From NCBI GenBank assembly GCA_044224925.1, contig JBGAJM010000002.1, forward strand, positions 78,332 to 142,331: a stretch of DNA of 64,000 bases, written 5' to 3'. The notes under the pieces were generated by a model that was given only the letters and a program-made list of their open reading frames with translations, had not been told where the DNA came from and made no database searches. Origin of the DNA: Candidatus Kapaibacterium sp. (GTDB lineage Bacteria; Bacteroidota; Ignavibacteria; Kapaibacteriales; Kapaibacteriaceae). Of this stretch, positions 9,636 to 18,810 are shown piece after piece (the first letter of the stretch is position 1; each line of letters starts with the position of its first letter). Made by a program: the position numbers and the translations under genes.

Positions 9636-10807
9636 GCGGCTGCGAGGACGTCGTGCAATGCGGCAATGAATTCGTCGACGTCCGTCTCGGTGATGATGTA
9701 GGCCGGCACAAGACGGATGACCGTTCCGGCCGTTGCGTTGGCGATCACTCCGCGCTTGAGGAGTGCCTGTACGAAGGGGGCGGCTTCGGTGGTGAGGACG
9801 ATGCCTTGCATGCAGCCGCGTCCGCGGATCTCGCTCACAAGCGTCGGATGTGCGCGCTGGACCGCGAGCAAGTGCGTGTGCAGATAGGTGCCGATCTGTT
9901 GCACATGCTCCATCTGTCCGCCAAGCACTTCTTCCATCACAGCAATGCCCGCTGCACAGGCCACGGCATTGCCGCCATACGTTGTGCCATGCATACCGCG
10001 ATCGAACAATGCGGCCGCTTCTTCGGTTGCAAGGATCGCACCGAGGGGAAGTCCACCACCGATGGCCTTTGCGCAGATGACGATGTCGGGCTTGATCCCA
10101 TACCGCTCGAAGGCAAAGAACGAACCCGTACGTCCAATGCCCGCCTGCACTTCGTCGGCAATGATGAGCACACCACGATCACGTTGGATGGCAGCGAGGG
10201 CATCGACAAACTCTGGCGTTGCCTCACGCAGTCCACCCTCCCCTTGCACGAATTCCAGCATGATGGCACACGTGCTCACGTCGACGCGCGATGTGAGTGC
10301 GTCGACGTCGTTGTACGGAAGAACAAGTGTGTTCGGCAGGAACGGCCCCATGCCCTCTTTGTAGAGCGGCTTGTCCATGATGGACAGTGCACCATAGGTT
10401 CTGCCGTGGAAGCCGCCGCTGAAGCCAACAACATCGTATCGTCCGGCCTTGCTGCCATACCGCCTTGCCATCTTCATGGCTCCATCCGTGGCCTCGGCAC
10501 CGCTGTTGGTGAAGAAGACGCGCGGATAGCGGGAGGCGTCGCGCAAGAGCTCGGCAAGACGGACCTGCGGCTCCTGATAGAAGAAGTTCGAAACGTGCAT
10601 GTATCGCTTGGCCTGGTCGATCACGTTCTGCACGACGTGCGGATGCGAGTGTCCAAGAGCGTTCACGGCGATACCGCCGAGAAAGTCGAGATAGACGGTT
10701 CCGTCCATTGCCGTGATGCGACATCCGGATGCAGAAGCGATCTCGATGGGAAGTCGCGAATAGGTTTGGAAGATGACGTCGTGTTCGCGTTCGGTCAGGC
10801 TGCGCAT
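9632..10807 (-). CDS. argD: class III PLP aminotransferase, acetylornithine aminotransferase-like
   Basis: 391 aa with GGIAVNALGHSHP, ADEVQAGIGRTG and a PLP-lysine region CAKAIGGGLP. The symbol is by similarity only. Confidence 0.8.
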   Translation of the reverse strand: MRSLTEREHDVIFQTYSRLPIEIASASGCRITAMDGTVYLDFLGGIAVNALGHSHPHVVQNVIDQAKRYMHVSNFFYQEPQVRLAELLRDASRYPRVFFTNSGAEATDGAMKMARRYGSKAGRYDVVGFSGGFHGRTYGALSIMDKPLYKEGMGPFLPNTLVLPYNDVDALTSRVDVSTCAIMLEFVQGEGGLREATPEFVDALAAIQRDRGVLIIADEVQAGIGRTGSFFAFERYGIKPDIVICAKAIGGGLPLGAILATEEAAALFDRGMHGTTYGGNAVACAAGIAVMEEVLGGQMEHVQQIGTYLHTHLLAVQRAHPTLVSEIRGRGCMQGIVLTTEAAPFVQALLKRGVIANATAGTVIRLVPAYIITETDVDEFIAALHDVLAAA

Positions 10808-10808
10808 A

Positions 10809-12347
10809 CTATTTCTTCAGGATCTTGATCTCGACACGACGGTTCAGTTGTCTGCCCTCGTCCGTTGCATTGTCGGCGATCGGTTTCGTTTCTCCATAGC
10901 CGACGCCAACGATGCGACCCGGCTCGAGCTCTCCCATCTGGATGATGTGGTCGGCAACGGCCTGCGCACGTGCATGCGAGAGCTTCAGGTTGTAGTCGTC
11001 CGGACCAACGAAGTCCGTGTGTCCCGCCACTTCGATGATCATCGTTGGGTACTGCTTCAGGATCTCTGCCACACGCATGAGCTCGGGATGTGACTGCGGA
11101 CGGATCGTTGCTTTGTTGTAATCGAAGAACACATTCTTCAACACGAAGTACTGTCCTTCTTCGATCGGCACCAGATACAGGTCCCGTTCGATCTCTTGAT
11201 ACGTGGTCACCTTCGTGACATCGATATTATCGCTCTCGCTCAGAAAGCCGGGAGCCGACGCACGGAAGGCATACTCATAGCCTGCCGGCAGCACGATCTT
11301 GTAATCACCCGTGAGTGGCGTGGAATGCGCCTCTCCGGCAGGTGCATTCGTTTCCATGATCTCGTAGACGATCTCGGCAGAGATCGGTTCGCCGGTCTTC
11401 TTGTTCAACACTCGGCCGTAGATGAGCACCACCGGACGTGGTCGAACCCGCTCAGGCAGACCAACACGAAAGATGTCGCCCGCTCCAATGGTGTTGGAGT
11501 GCGACACGTAGTAGGCATAGTCACCCTTGGCAGGGATGGTGTAGTAGAGATCCCATCCCGGTGTGTTGATCGTTGGACCGAGATTCTCGGGAACCGACCA
11601 ATTCGTCCACGTAGAATCCTGACGGCGCGAGACGAACACGTCGTACGACCCGAAGCCTCCGTGTCCGTCCGACGAGAAATACAAGGACACACCATCAGAG
11701 CTTAGGAACGGTGTGAGTTCATGACCGATGGAGTTCAGCACCGGACCGAGACTCGTTGGTTCACTCCACGAACTATCCGGCTGCAAGAAGCAGACGTAGA
11801 GATCCTTTCCGCCCTTCGTGTCCTTGCGCTCGACGGCCATCACCATCGTTCGACCATCGTTGCCGAGCGAGTACTCGGTGTAGGTGGCAAGGTTGTAGAA
11901 GTTCTTGATCTTCACCGGCTTTGGCATTTCCCAACCACCGGAGATACGGTGCGAGATGGCCACGCTTCGTTGTTGTTGCTGCCGCGCCTCGCCATACGAA
12001 TCTCCCAACAGGATGGTGTTCCCGTCGGGCGTGATGGAAAGAAGGTAGTTGTGATCTCTGTTGTTGAGGGGAGGACCGATGTTCTTGGCCTGACCCCATG
12101 TCCCGTCGGCCTGCAACTCCGAATACCAGATGTCCTGGCGTGCACCGCCCAGGTTCTCGGGAGAATCACTACGAACGAAGTACAACGATCTTCCATCCGG
12201 TGAGATCACCGGAAGAAGATCGTCGTACACGCTGTTCACCGTTGGTCCAAGATTGACTGGCCGGAACGTCGAGTCTATGATCCGTTGCTGTGCTGAAAGT
12301 GGCAAGGCAGCAAGGAGGAACGCTATGGTGAGGATCGTACGCTGCAA
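10809..12347 (-). CDS. OmpA-family protein with TolB-like (PD40) beta-propeller repeats
   Basis: Signal peptide ...LAALPLSAQQ, repeated ...SPDGRSLYF/SDG..LYFSSD motifs and a C-terminal OmpA domain (GHTDFVGPDDYNLKLSHARAQAV...NRRVEI). The apparent start codon is TTG. Confidence 0.82.
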   Translation of the reverse strand: MQRTILTIAFLLAALPLSAQQRIIDSTFRPVNLGPTVNSVYDDLLPVISPDGRSLYFVRSDSPENLGGARQDIWYSELQADGTWGQAKNIGPPLNNRDHNYLLSITPDGNTILLGDSYGEARQQQQRSVAISHRISGGWEMPKPVKIKNFYNLATYTEYSLGNDGRTMVMAVERKDTKGGKDLYVCFLQPDSSWSEPTSLGPVLNSIGHELTPFLSSDGVSLYFSSDGHGGFGSYDVFVSRRQDSTWTNWSVPENLGPTINTPGWDLYYTIPAKGDYAYYVSHSNTIGAGDIFRVGLPERVRPRPVVLIYGRVLNKKTGEPISAEIVYEIMETNAPAGEAHSTPLTGDYKIVLPAGYEYAFRASAPGFLSESDNIDVTKVTTYQEIERDLYLVPIEEGQYFVLKNVFFDYNKATIRPQSHPELMRVAEILKQYPTMIIEVAGHTDFVGPDDYNLKLSHARAQAVADHIIQMGELEPGRIVGVGYGETKPIADNATDEGRQLNRRVEIKILKK

Positions 12348-12917
12348 TTACTTCCTTGTGATCTTCATCGAGATCTTCTCGAGTGGATTATCACGCTCGT
12401 CGCGTGGCGAGTTCACAATGGCGTCTGCAACTTCCATGCCCGTGACCACTTCTCCGAAGACCGTGTATTGTCCGTCGAGGAATGGTGTATCTGCAACGCA
12501 GATGAAGAACTGTCCACCGAAGCTGTTCGGATCGTTCGTACGTGCAGCCGAGAGGGTTCCGCGCTTGTGCTTGACCGTGGTGCTGAACTCTGCCGGTACC
12601 TTGGTCGGATAGCCGCCGGTTCCCCACGATTCCTTCGATCCCTTGATGGAGTTCGGATCGCCACCTTGGATCATGAAGTTCGGGATCACACGGTGAAACG
12701 CCGAACCATCATAGTATCCTTCCTTGACGCGCTCATCGAAGAAGGCGCAGTGCTTTGGAGCAACGTCGGGCATGAGGCGCAAGACGATCTTGCCAAGTTC
12801 CTTGCCGCCTTGTGTGACCGTGATCACATATTCGGGAGCCTTTGCTTTTTCGCCGGCGACGACCATGGTAACGGCTGCAAGCATCAAGAGGCCTGCGAGT
12901 GAAAGTGTGTGAAGCAT
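12348..12917 (-). CDS. peptidylprolyl isomerase, cyclophilin type, secreted
   Basis: Cyclophilin motifs FHRVIPNFMIQGGDP and GQFFIC, with an N-terminal signal sequence. I chose the ATG at 12917 over the TTG at 12941. Confidence 0.85.
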   Translation of the reverse strand: MLHTLSLAGLLMLAAVTMVVAGEKAKAPEYVITVTQGGKELGKIVLRLMPDVAPKHCAFFDERVKEGYYDGSAFHRVIPNFMIQGGDPNSIKGSKESWGTGGYPTKVPAEFSTTVKHKRGTLSAARTNDPNSFGGQFFICVADTPFLDGQYTVFGEVVTGMEVADAIVNSPRDERDNPLEKISMKITRK

Positions 12918-12964
12918 GTTGGATGAAGTGTAGTGGAACAAACTGACAAATGATGAGCGACAAC

Positions 12965-13666
12965 TTACTGCGGTTTGATGACGAACGACCTGATAACGAT
13001 GGGTTTTTTCGGAATGCCGTCCGTGTCTCCAAAGGAACCGGGCTCCACGTCGACGGAATTCATCTTGTCGACAACGTCCATGCCCTCGAGCACGCGACCA
13101 ACGATGGTGTACTGATACGGAATTGCACGGGCATTCGTGTTGCAGATGAAGAATTGACTCGTGGCGGAGTTGGGCATGGGCTTGTGCGCCATGGCCACAA
13201 CGCCGCGCTGATATCCGATCCTGGCACTCGGGCTCGTGGAATCCAGCTCGTCAGGCAGCGGTTTGCCATCTGCCGTCTGTCCGCCTCGCCCCCATTCCGC
13301 CCTTGCCGATGCATCCTTCGTTTTCGGATCGCCCATTTGCACCACAAGGTCCCGTGCCACGCGGTGCACGAGGATGCCGTTGTAGAATCGCTTCGCAGCG
13401 AGCGCCACTATGTTGTTCACGGCGCGTGGTGCATCCACACCGTAGAATCCGATGGTGATGGTGCCCATGGACGTCACCAACGTGCCCACATGGGTGATCA
13501 CTGCCGTATCGGCCGAGGCGCGATCGGACGTGTCCACCACGCGCGGAGCAGGTGCCTCCATTTGCTGCAAGGGCGGTTGTTCGACAGGCTTTTGAGCGCC
13601 ATCGGTGCAGCCGCACATCACCGCAATGGTGGCAAGAACTAGGACGATGCGCAGACGTGATCTCAT
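12965..13666 (-). CDS. peptidylprolyl isomerase, cyclophilin type, lipoprotein
   Basis: Lipobox ...IAVMCGC, with the cyclophilin core VHRVARDLVVQMGDP and SQFFIC. The start overlaps the uppP stop as ATGA. Confidence 0.85.
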   Translation of the reverse strand: MRSRLRIVLVLATIAVMCGCTDGAQKPVEQPPLQQMEAPAPRVVDTSDRASADTAVITHVGTLVTSMGTITIGFYGVDAPRAVNNIVALAAKRFYNGILVHRVARDLVVQMGDPKTKDASARAEWGRGGQTADGKPLPDELDSTSPSARIGYQRGVVAMAHKPMPNSATSQFFICNTNARAIPYQYTIVGRVLEGMDVVDKMNSVDVEPGSFGDTDGIPKKPIVIRSFVIKPQ

Positions 13667-14517
13667 GGTTGTACGATCCCTGCGGCGATGAGCGCCAACA
13701 GGATGCCTCCAAGAACGATGCGGTAGACGATGAAGACCGTCATGCGATGCGTTCGAAGGAAGCGTAAAAGAAATGCGATGGACCAGTATCCGGAACCAAA
13801 GGCCACAAGGGTCGCGGCGAGCAATTCCGGTCCACCATCTCCCACCGAGATGTGCTTGATCTCATGCATGAACTCAAGCACACCGGCCCCCAAAATTGCA
13901 GGAATCGACAATAAGAACGAAAAACGGGCAGCACTTTCGCGCGTCATTCCACGGAAGAGACCGGCCATGATGGTGGTCCCGCTTCGCGACGAACCCGGCA
14001 TGAGCGCCAGTACCTGTGCGAATCCCACGGCGAGTGCGTCCATCATTCCAAGGTCCTTCTCCGTGCGCTTCAGTGTTGCGATCCGATCTGCGATCCACAG
14101 TAATACGGCCACACCGATCATCGACGATGAGATCAAGACAAGGTCCTTTGTGAGCGAACCCTCGATGACCTTCTTGAGCGCCATGCCGATGACCACGATG
14201 GGCAGACTGCCCACGATCACGAACCAGCCCATGCGCGCATCGACGCTTTGCTCGGCAAAGGGCTTGCGACGCGAGCCAATGTTCTGCGAGAGGAAGGCGG
14301 CAAGGATGGAACGGATGTCCTTGGCAAAGTAGACGAAGACAGCGGCGAGCGTGCCGAGCTGAATGGTGGCCATGAACGACGTCCACCGTTCCGGATGCGC
14401 AGGGTCGTGCGCACCAAGCAACGCAGAGACCAACGTGAGATGCGCTGTGCTGCTCACGGGAATGAATTCGGTAAGGCCTTGGACCAGTCCAAGGATGATG
14501 GCCTTGATCAACGTCAT
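13663..14517 (-). CDS. uppP: undecaprenyl-diphosphate phosphatase
   Basis: 284-aa polytopic protein with BacA/UppP motifs EFIPVSSTAHL and PGSSRSGTTI. Confidence 0.9.
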   Translation of the reverse strand: MTLIKAIILGLVQGLTEFIPVSSTAHLTLVSALLGAHDPAHPERWTSFMATIQLGTLAAVFVYFAKDIRSILAAFLSQNIGSRRKPFAEQSVDARMGWFVIVGSLPIVVIGMALKKVIEGSLTKDLVLISSSMIGVAVLLWIADRIATLKRTEKDLGMMDALAVGFAQVLALMPGSSRSGTTIMAGLFRGMTRESAARFSFLLSIPAILGAGVLEFMHEIKHISVGDGGPELLAATLVAFGSGYWSIAFLLRFLRTHRMTVFIVYRIVLGGILLALIAAGIVQP

Positions 14518-14541
14518 AGATGTTCGGTCGTTACGAGTGGG

Positions 14542-17358
14542 TCAATGTGCTTCATACCAACTGCTGCCAATACCGGTGTCGACGATCACAGGAACTCCTT
14601 CGAGCGGAAGGGCATGTTCCATTTCGTGCTTGACCATGGTGCGGAGCACGTCGACCTCGTCGTCGAACACCTCGAACACCAATTCATCATGCACCTGCAA
14701 CATCAACAGCGAGCGCAGACCGAGCTCTTGCATGCGAGCGTGGACGCGGATCATGGCCAGCTTCATCATGTCGGCCGCTGTGCCCTGGATGGGCATGTTC
14801 ACTGCCGCACGTTCGGCCGCTGTGCGCAGACCTCTGTTGTTCGCATTAATAAGGGGGAAGTGTCGACGTCGTTTGCACAGCGTCTCTGCATAGCCGTTAA
14901 GGCGTGTCGATTCGATGGTGGAATCGATGTAGTGCTTGATGCCCGCATACTTGGAAAAGTAATTGTCGATGATCTGCTGTCCTTCCGTACGCGCGATCCC
15001 CAGTTGTTGCGCCAGACCGAAGGCGCCTTGACCGTACATGATGCCGAAGTTCACGGTCTTGGCCACGCGACGTTGATCCGACGTCACCGCATCGATGGGC
15101 ACGTCGAACAGTGTGGCAGCCGTTGCACGGTGCACATCGGCACCCGAGGAGAAGGCGGCCAACAATCCGGGATCCTGCGAGATGGATGCCATGATGCGCA
15201 GTTCGATCTGCGAATAGTCGGCAGAGAAGATGTGGGCATTCTCGAATTGCGGAACGAAGGCCTTACGGATCTGTCGACCCAGCTCGCTGCGAACGGGAAT
15301 GTTCTGGAGGTTCGGATCGGTCGACGAAAGACGTCCCGTTGCGGCCACCGTCATGTTGTACGTGGTGTGCACGCGACCTGTGCGCGCGTTGATCAGACGC
15401 GGGAGCGACTCCACATACGTACTGCGAAGCTTTTCCACTTGTCGATAGTCGAGGATCATCTGTGCAATGGGATACATCTCCGAGAGCTCCGTCAGCACAC
15501 TGGCATCGGTGCTGTAGCCGGTCTTCGTCTTCTTCGTGGCCGGAAGCATGAGCTTCTCGAAGAGCACTTCTCCCAACTGTTTGGGTGACGAGATCACGAA
15601 CTCCTGTCCGGCCTCTTTCCAGATCTCCTTCTCAAGGCGCACGGCCTCGTCGCGCATGAACACGGCCAACTCGCCAAGGGCCGCCGTGTTGATAGCGATG
15701 CCGTTGAACTCCATGTCGATGAGCACCTCTTCGGCCTTGAACTCGATGTTCGTGGCAAGGTCCATGAGCCCTTCACGTTCAAGCGCCGGCGCAAGCTTGT
15801 TGCGAAGCTTGAGCGCCACATCGGCATCCTCGGCGGCATAGTCTGCAACGCGTGCGGGATCTACCTCTGCCATGTTCAATTGCGATGCCTTCTTCTCGCC
15901 AATGAGCGTGGTGATGGAGATCGGCTCATAGTCGAGCCATCGCGATGCAAGTGCGTCCAGATTGTGCGGCAGATCGGGATCGAGCAAATAGTCGGCCAAC
16001 ATCGTATCGAAGGCAATGGGTTGCACGCGGACGTTGTAGCGACGGAAGATGAGTGCATCGAACTTGAGATTCTGTCCACACTTCCCAACGGCAGTATCCT
16101 CCAACATCGGTCGCAGTGCATCGAGCACCGGTGCAATGGGCAACAGTTCTGCGTGCTTGTGATCTTCGGCCGTGAAGAGTCCGCCCGGGTCGGACGGGTC
16201 TCGATCGTCCACGGCCACATAGAATGCACGTCCTTCGCGAGCACAGAGGGCGATTCCAACGATGCGACACGACATGGCATCGAGTCCGGTGGTCTCGAGG
16301 TCCACGCTCAACAATGTCGTCCCCGCAAGCTCCCGCATCATGCTCTCGAATCCGCCGGTGGTGTGCACCAACTCGTACGAATGCTCCACGTCGGCAAGAC
16401 GTTGCAAATGGGACGGTGGCGGGGCGTCGGCCGAGGTGGCAAGGGATGTCGACGGATCCACAGGTGCCCCTGCCTCCTCGCTTCCCTCCGCCATCTTCTT
16501 GTACTTGTTGCGGATCTGATGGAAGCCCATGGTGGCGAAGAAGGCATCGATGTCGGCAAAGCGAATGGGCTTGCGATGCAGGTGTTCGCGAACGTGGTTG
16601 ACGGGAACGTCGAGGGCAATGGTGACGAGCTTTTTGGAGAGGAAGGCCATGTCGCGATGTTCGATGAACTTCTTGCGCACGGACTCGCGCTCGATCTCGT
16701 CGAGATGGTCGTACAGATTCTCCACCGTCCCATACTTCTCGATGAGCGGAATGGCCGTTTTCTCGCCCACGCCCTTGACGCCGGGGACGTTATCGGACGA
16801 GTCGCCGATCAGGGCGAGCACGTCGATCACATGGTCGGGCTTGACGCCGAACTTCTCTTTGACGCGCTCGGCATCGAAGACGTCGTACTGGGCAACGTCC
16901 TTGCCGGGGCGGAGGATCTTGACGTGTTCGTCGACGAGCTGGAAGTAGTCCTTGTCGGACGTGAGGCACAAAACCTCCCGTCCGCTCGCCGCTTCACGAC
17001 GTGCGATGGTGCCAATGATATCATCGGCTTCCCAGCCCGGCAACTCCACCTGCTCCAGTCCCATGAGCTGGATGGCCTCTTTGATACGACCGAGCTGTGG
17101 GACGAGATCTTCCGGAAACGCATCGCGATGTGCCTTGTACTCGGCATACATCTCATGTCGGAAGGTGGGTTCCTTTGTATCGAAGACCACGGCAATGGCC
17201 TCGGGGTCGTACTTCTCCAGAAGCGACGTGAGGATGTTCACAAATGCGAATACGGCGAATGTCGGCTCGCCATCCGAGGTCTTCATGCCCGTGCGCAGAA
17301 GCGCATGATAGGCGCGAAAGACCAGGGACATACCGTCAACGAGGATCAATGGGCGCAT
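14542..17358 (-). CDS. polA: DNA polymerase I
   Basis: 938 aa from MRPLILVDGMSLVFRAYHA (5'-3' exonuclease), followed by a 3'-5' exonuclease-like region and a family A polymerase domain (ADYSQIELR, QVHDELVFE). Confidence 0.95.
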   Translation of the reverse strand: MRPLILVDGMSLVFRAYHALLRTGMKTSDGEPTFAVFAFVNILTSLLEKYDPEAIAVVFDTKEPTFRHEMYAEYKAHRDAFPEDLVPQLGRIKEAIQLMGLEQVELPGWEADDIIGTIARREAASGREVLCLTSDKDYFQLVDEHVKILRPGKDVAQYDVFDAERVKEKFGVKPDHVIDVLALIGDSSDNVPGVKGVGEKTAIPLIEKYGTVENLYDHLDEIERESVRKKFIEHRDMAFLSKKLVTIALDVPVNHVREHLHRKPIRFADIDAFFATMGFHQIRNKYKKMAEGSEEAGAPVDPSTSLATSADAPPPSHLQRLADVEHSYELVHTTGGFESMMRELAGTTLLSVDLETTGLDAMSCRIVGIALCAREGRAFYVAVDDRDPSDPGGLFTAEDHKHAELLPIAPVLDALRPMLEDTAVGKCGQNLKFDALIFRRYNVRVQPIAFDTMLADYLLDPDLPHNLDALASRWLDYEPISITTLIGEKKASQLNMAEVDPARVADYAAEDADVALKLRNKLAPALEREGLMDLATNIEFKAEEVLIDMEFNGIAINTAALGELAVFMRDEAVRLEKEIWKEAGQEFVISSPKQLGEVLFEKLMLPATKKTKTGYSTDASVLTELSEMYPIAQMILDYRQVEKLRSTYVESLPRLINARTGRVHTTYNMTVAATGRLSSTDPNLQNIPVRSELGRQIRKAFVPQFENAHIFSADYSQIELRIMASISQDPGLLAAFSSGADVHRATAATLFDVPIDAVTSDQRRVAKTVNFGIMYGQGAFGLAQQLGIARTEGQQIIDNYFSKYAGIKHYIDSTIESTRLNGYAETLCKRRRHFPLINANNRGLRTAAERAAVNMPIQGTAADMMKLAMIRVHARMQELGLRSLLMLQVHDELVFEVFDDEVDVLRTMVKHEMEHALPLEGVPVIVDTGIGSSWYEAH

Positions 17359-17388
17359 GGGACAAAGATACCGTATGTTTGCCCGCAT

Positions 17389-18309
17389 ATGCTTCCCGAC
17401 GTTTGGCTGTATGGCGGCTTTGTGCTGCTCGTCCTTTTCCTGTTGGCGTTAGACCTCGGGATCTTCAACCGTACGCCACACGTGGTGCGCCTGAGCGAGG
17501 CATTGGGATGGACGGCCGTGTGGGTGACCCTGGCCATTGCCTTCAACGGATTTGTCTATGCCACGCGCGGACCGGTGGCCGGCAAGGAGTTCTTTGCCGG
17601 ATACCTGCTGGAGCAGTCGCTCTCCGTTGACAATATCTTCGTCATCATCCTCGTGCTGCGCTACTTCAAAGTGGCGCCACAGTACCACCATAAAGTGTTG
17701 TTCTGGGGCATCATTGGCGCACTCGTGATGCGCGGATCGATGATCGCACTGGGAACGGCCCTACTCTATACCTTCCACTGGATCTTCTACATCTTCGGCG
17801 CCTTCCTCATCATCACGGGCATTCGCATGGCCCTGAATTCCGAGGATTCCGACGAGATCCACGAGAACGTCTTCATTCGCTGGTTGCGATCGCACATGCG
17901 CCTGACCAACGAGTATCATCAGGACCAGTTCACGGTGCGAAAAGATGGCGTGCGTTATGCAACACCGCTCCTGCTGGTGCTGCTCGTGGTCGAGGCGACG
18001 GATCTTGTCTTCGCCTTCGATTCCATTCCCGCCATCTTCGCCATCACGCGCGATCCGTTCATCGTCTTCACCTCCAACGTCTTCGCCGTGATGGGACTTC
18101 GCTCCCTGTTCTTCGTCGTGGCCGGTGTGATGAATCTGTTCCACTTCCTGAAGTACGGACTGGCCGTGATCCTCACGTTCATCGGTGTGAAGATGATCGT
18201 CGAGGAGTGGTATCACATTCCCATCGACATCGCTCTCGCCGTGATCGCCAGCGTGCTCACTATATCGATCCTGGCAAGCATGTTGTTCCCCGAGAACAAG
18301 AAGGCATGA
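17389..18309 (+). CDS. TerC-family integral membrane protein
   Basis: 306 aa from the ATG at 17389, in the frame of ORF 15880-18309. TerC signatures EQSLSVDNIFVI and EATDLVFAFDSIPA are present. Confidence 0.85.
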   Translation: MLPDVWLYGGFVLLVLFLLALDLGIFNRTPHVVRLSEALGWTAVWVTLAIAFNGFVYATRGPVAGKEFFAGYLLEQSLSVDNIFVIILVLRYFKVAPQYHHKVLFWGIIGALVMRGSMIALGTALLYTFHWIFYIFGAFLIITGIRMALNSEDSDEIHENVFIRWLRSHMRLTNEYHQDQFTVRKDGVRYATPLLLVLLVVEATDLVFAFDSIPAIFAITRDPFIVFTSNVFAVMGLRSLFFVVAGVMNLFHFLKYGLAVILTFIGVKMIVEEWYHIPIDIALAVIASVLTISILASMLFPENKKA

Positions 18310-18770
18310 ACATCCGCACGGTGTGCGCGTTCTTAGTGACGGCCGTGGTGCTCGCGGCCTGCGCGTCGTCGTCGAAGATCGAGACCACGGGCGACCCGCG
18401 GATCGACGACGTGCTCCACACCGCAGGATCGCTCCTCGGAACATCGTATTGCGCCAGCGGCACCACGCCCGATTGCTTCGATTGCAGCGGCTTCGTCTCC
18501 TACTGCTTCGGCCATTCCTCCCTGCTCCTTCCCCGCTCCTCTCGCGAGATGTATGCATGGCAAGGCGGCAAGGATGTTGCGCGGACGATGTTGCAGCCCG
18601 GAGACCTGGTCTTCTTCAACACCGGTGGAGAGCGGATCTCGCATGTGGGCATCGTGGTCGGGAACGAGCGATTCATTCACGCATCCACATCGAGCGGCGT
18701 GATCATCACCTCGCTCAACGATCCGTACTGGAAGTCGCGCTACGTGGGTGCGCGACGCGTATTGCGATAG
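18306..18770 (+). CDS. NlpC/P60 family peptidoglycan hydrolase lipoprotein
   Basis: Lipobox VVLAACAS, catalytic Cys motif DCSGFVSYCF and the His region ISHVGIVV. The start overlaps the terC-family stop as ATGA. Confidence 0.85.
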   Translation: MNIRTVCAFLVTAVVLAACASSSKIETTGDPRIDDVLHTAGSLLGTSYCASGTTPDCFDCSGFVSYCFGHSSLLLPRSSREMYAWQGGKDVARTMLQPGDLVFFNTGGERISHVGIVVGNERFIHASTSSGVIITSLNDPYWKSRYVGARRVLR

Positions 18771-18810
18771 TGAACAGTGTATCTTTGTCGATACTGTCCT
18801 TGAGGGAACC

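Noticed and set aside
15880-17388. The 5' 1.5 kb of the 809-codon +strand ORF 15880-18309.
   Set aside because: Only the last 306 codons (from the ATG at 17389) form the TerC-family protein. The upstream part is antisense to polA and reads as shadow frame.
17359-17388. A yybP-ykoY (Mn) riboswitch, which often precedes TerC-family genes.
   Set aside because: Only 30 bp separate the divergent polA and terC-family start codons. That is far too short for the riboswitch aptamer.
18771-18810. A terminator hairpin after the NlpC/P60 gene (acagtgtatc...gatactgt). A weak hairpin after the phytoene-synthase-family gene at 62788-62806 falls in the same class.
   Set aside because: The stems are short or mismatched and not followed by a T-tract. 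This is insufficient to call terminators.
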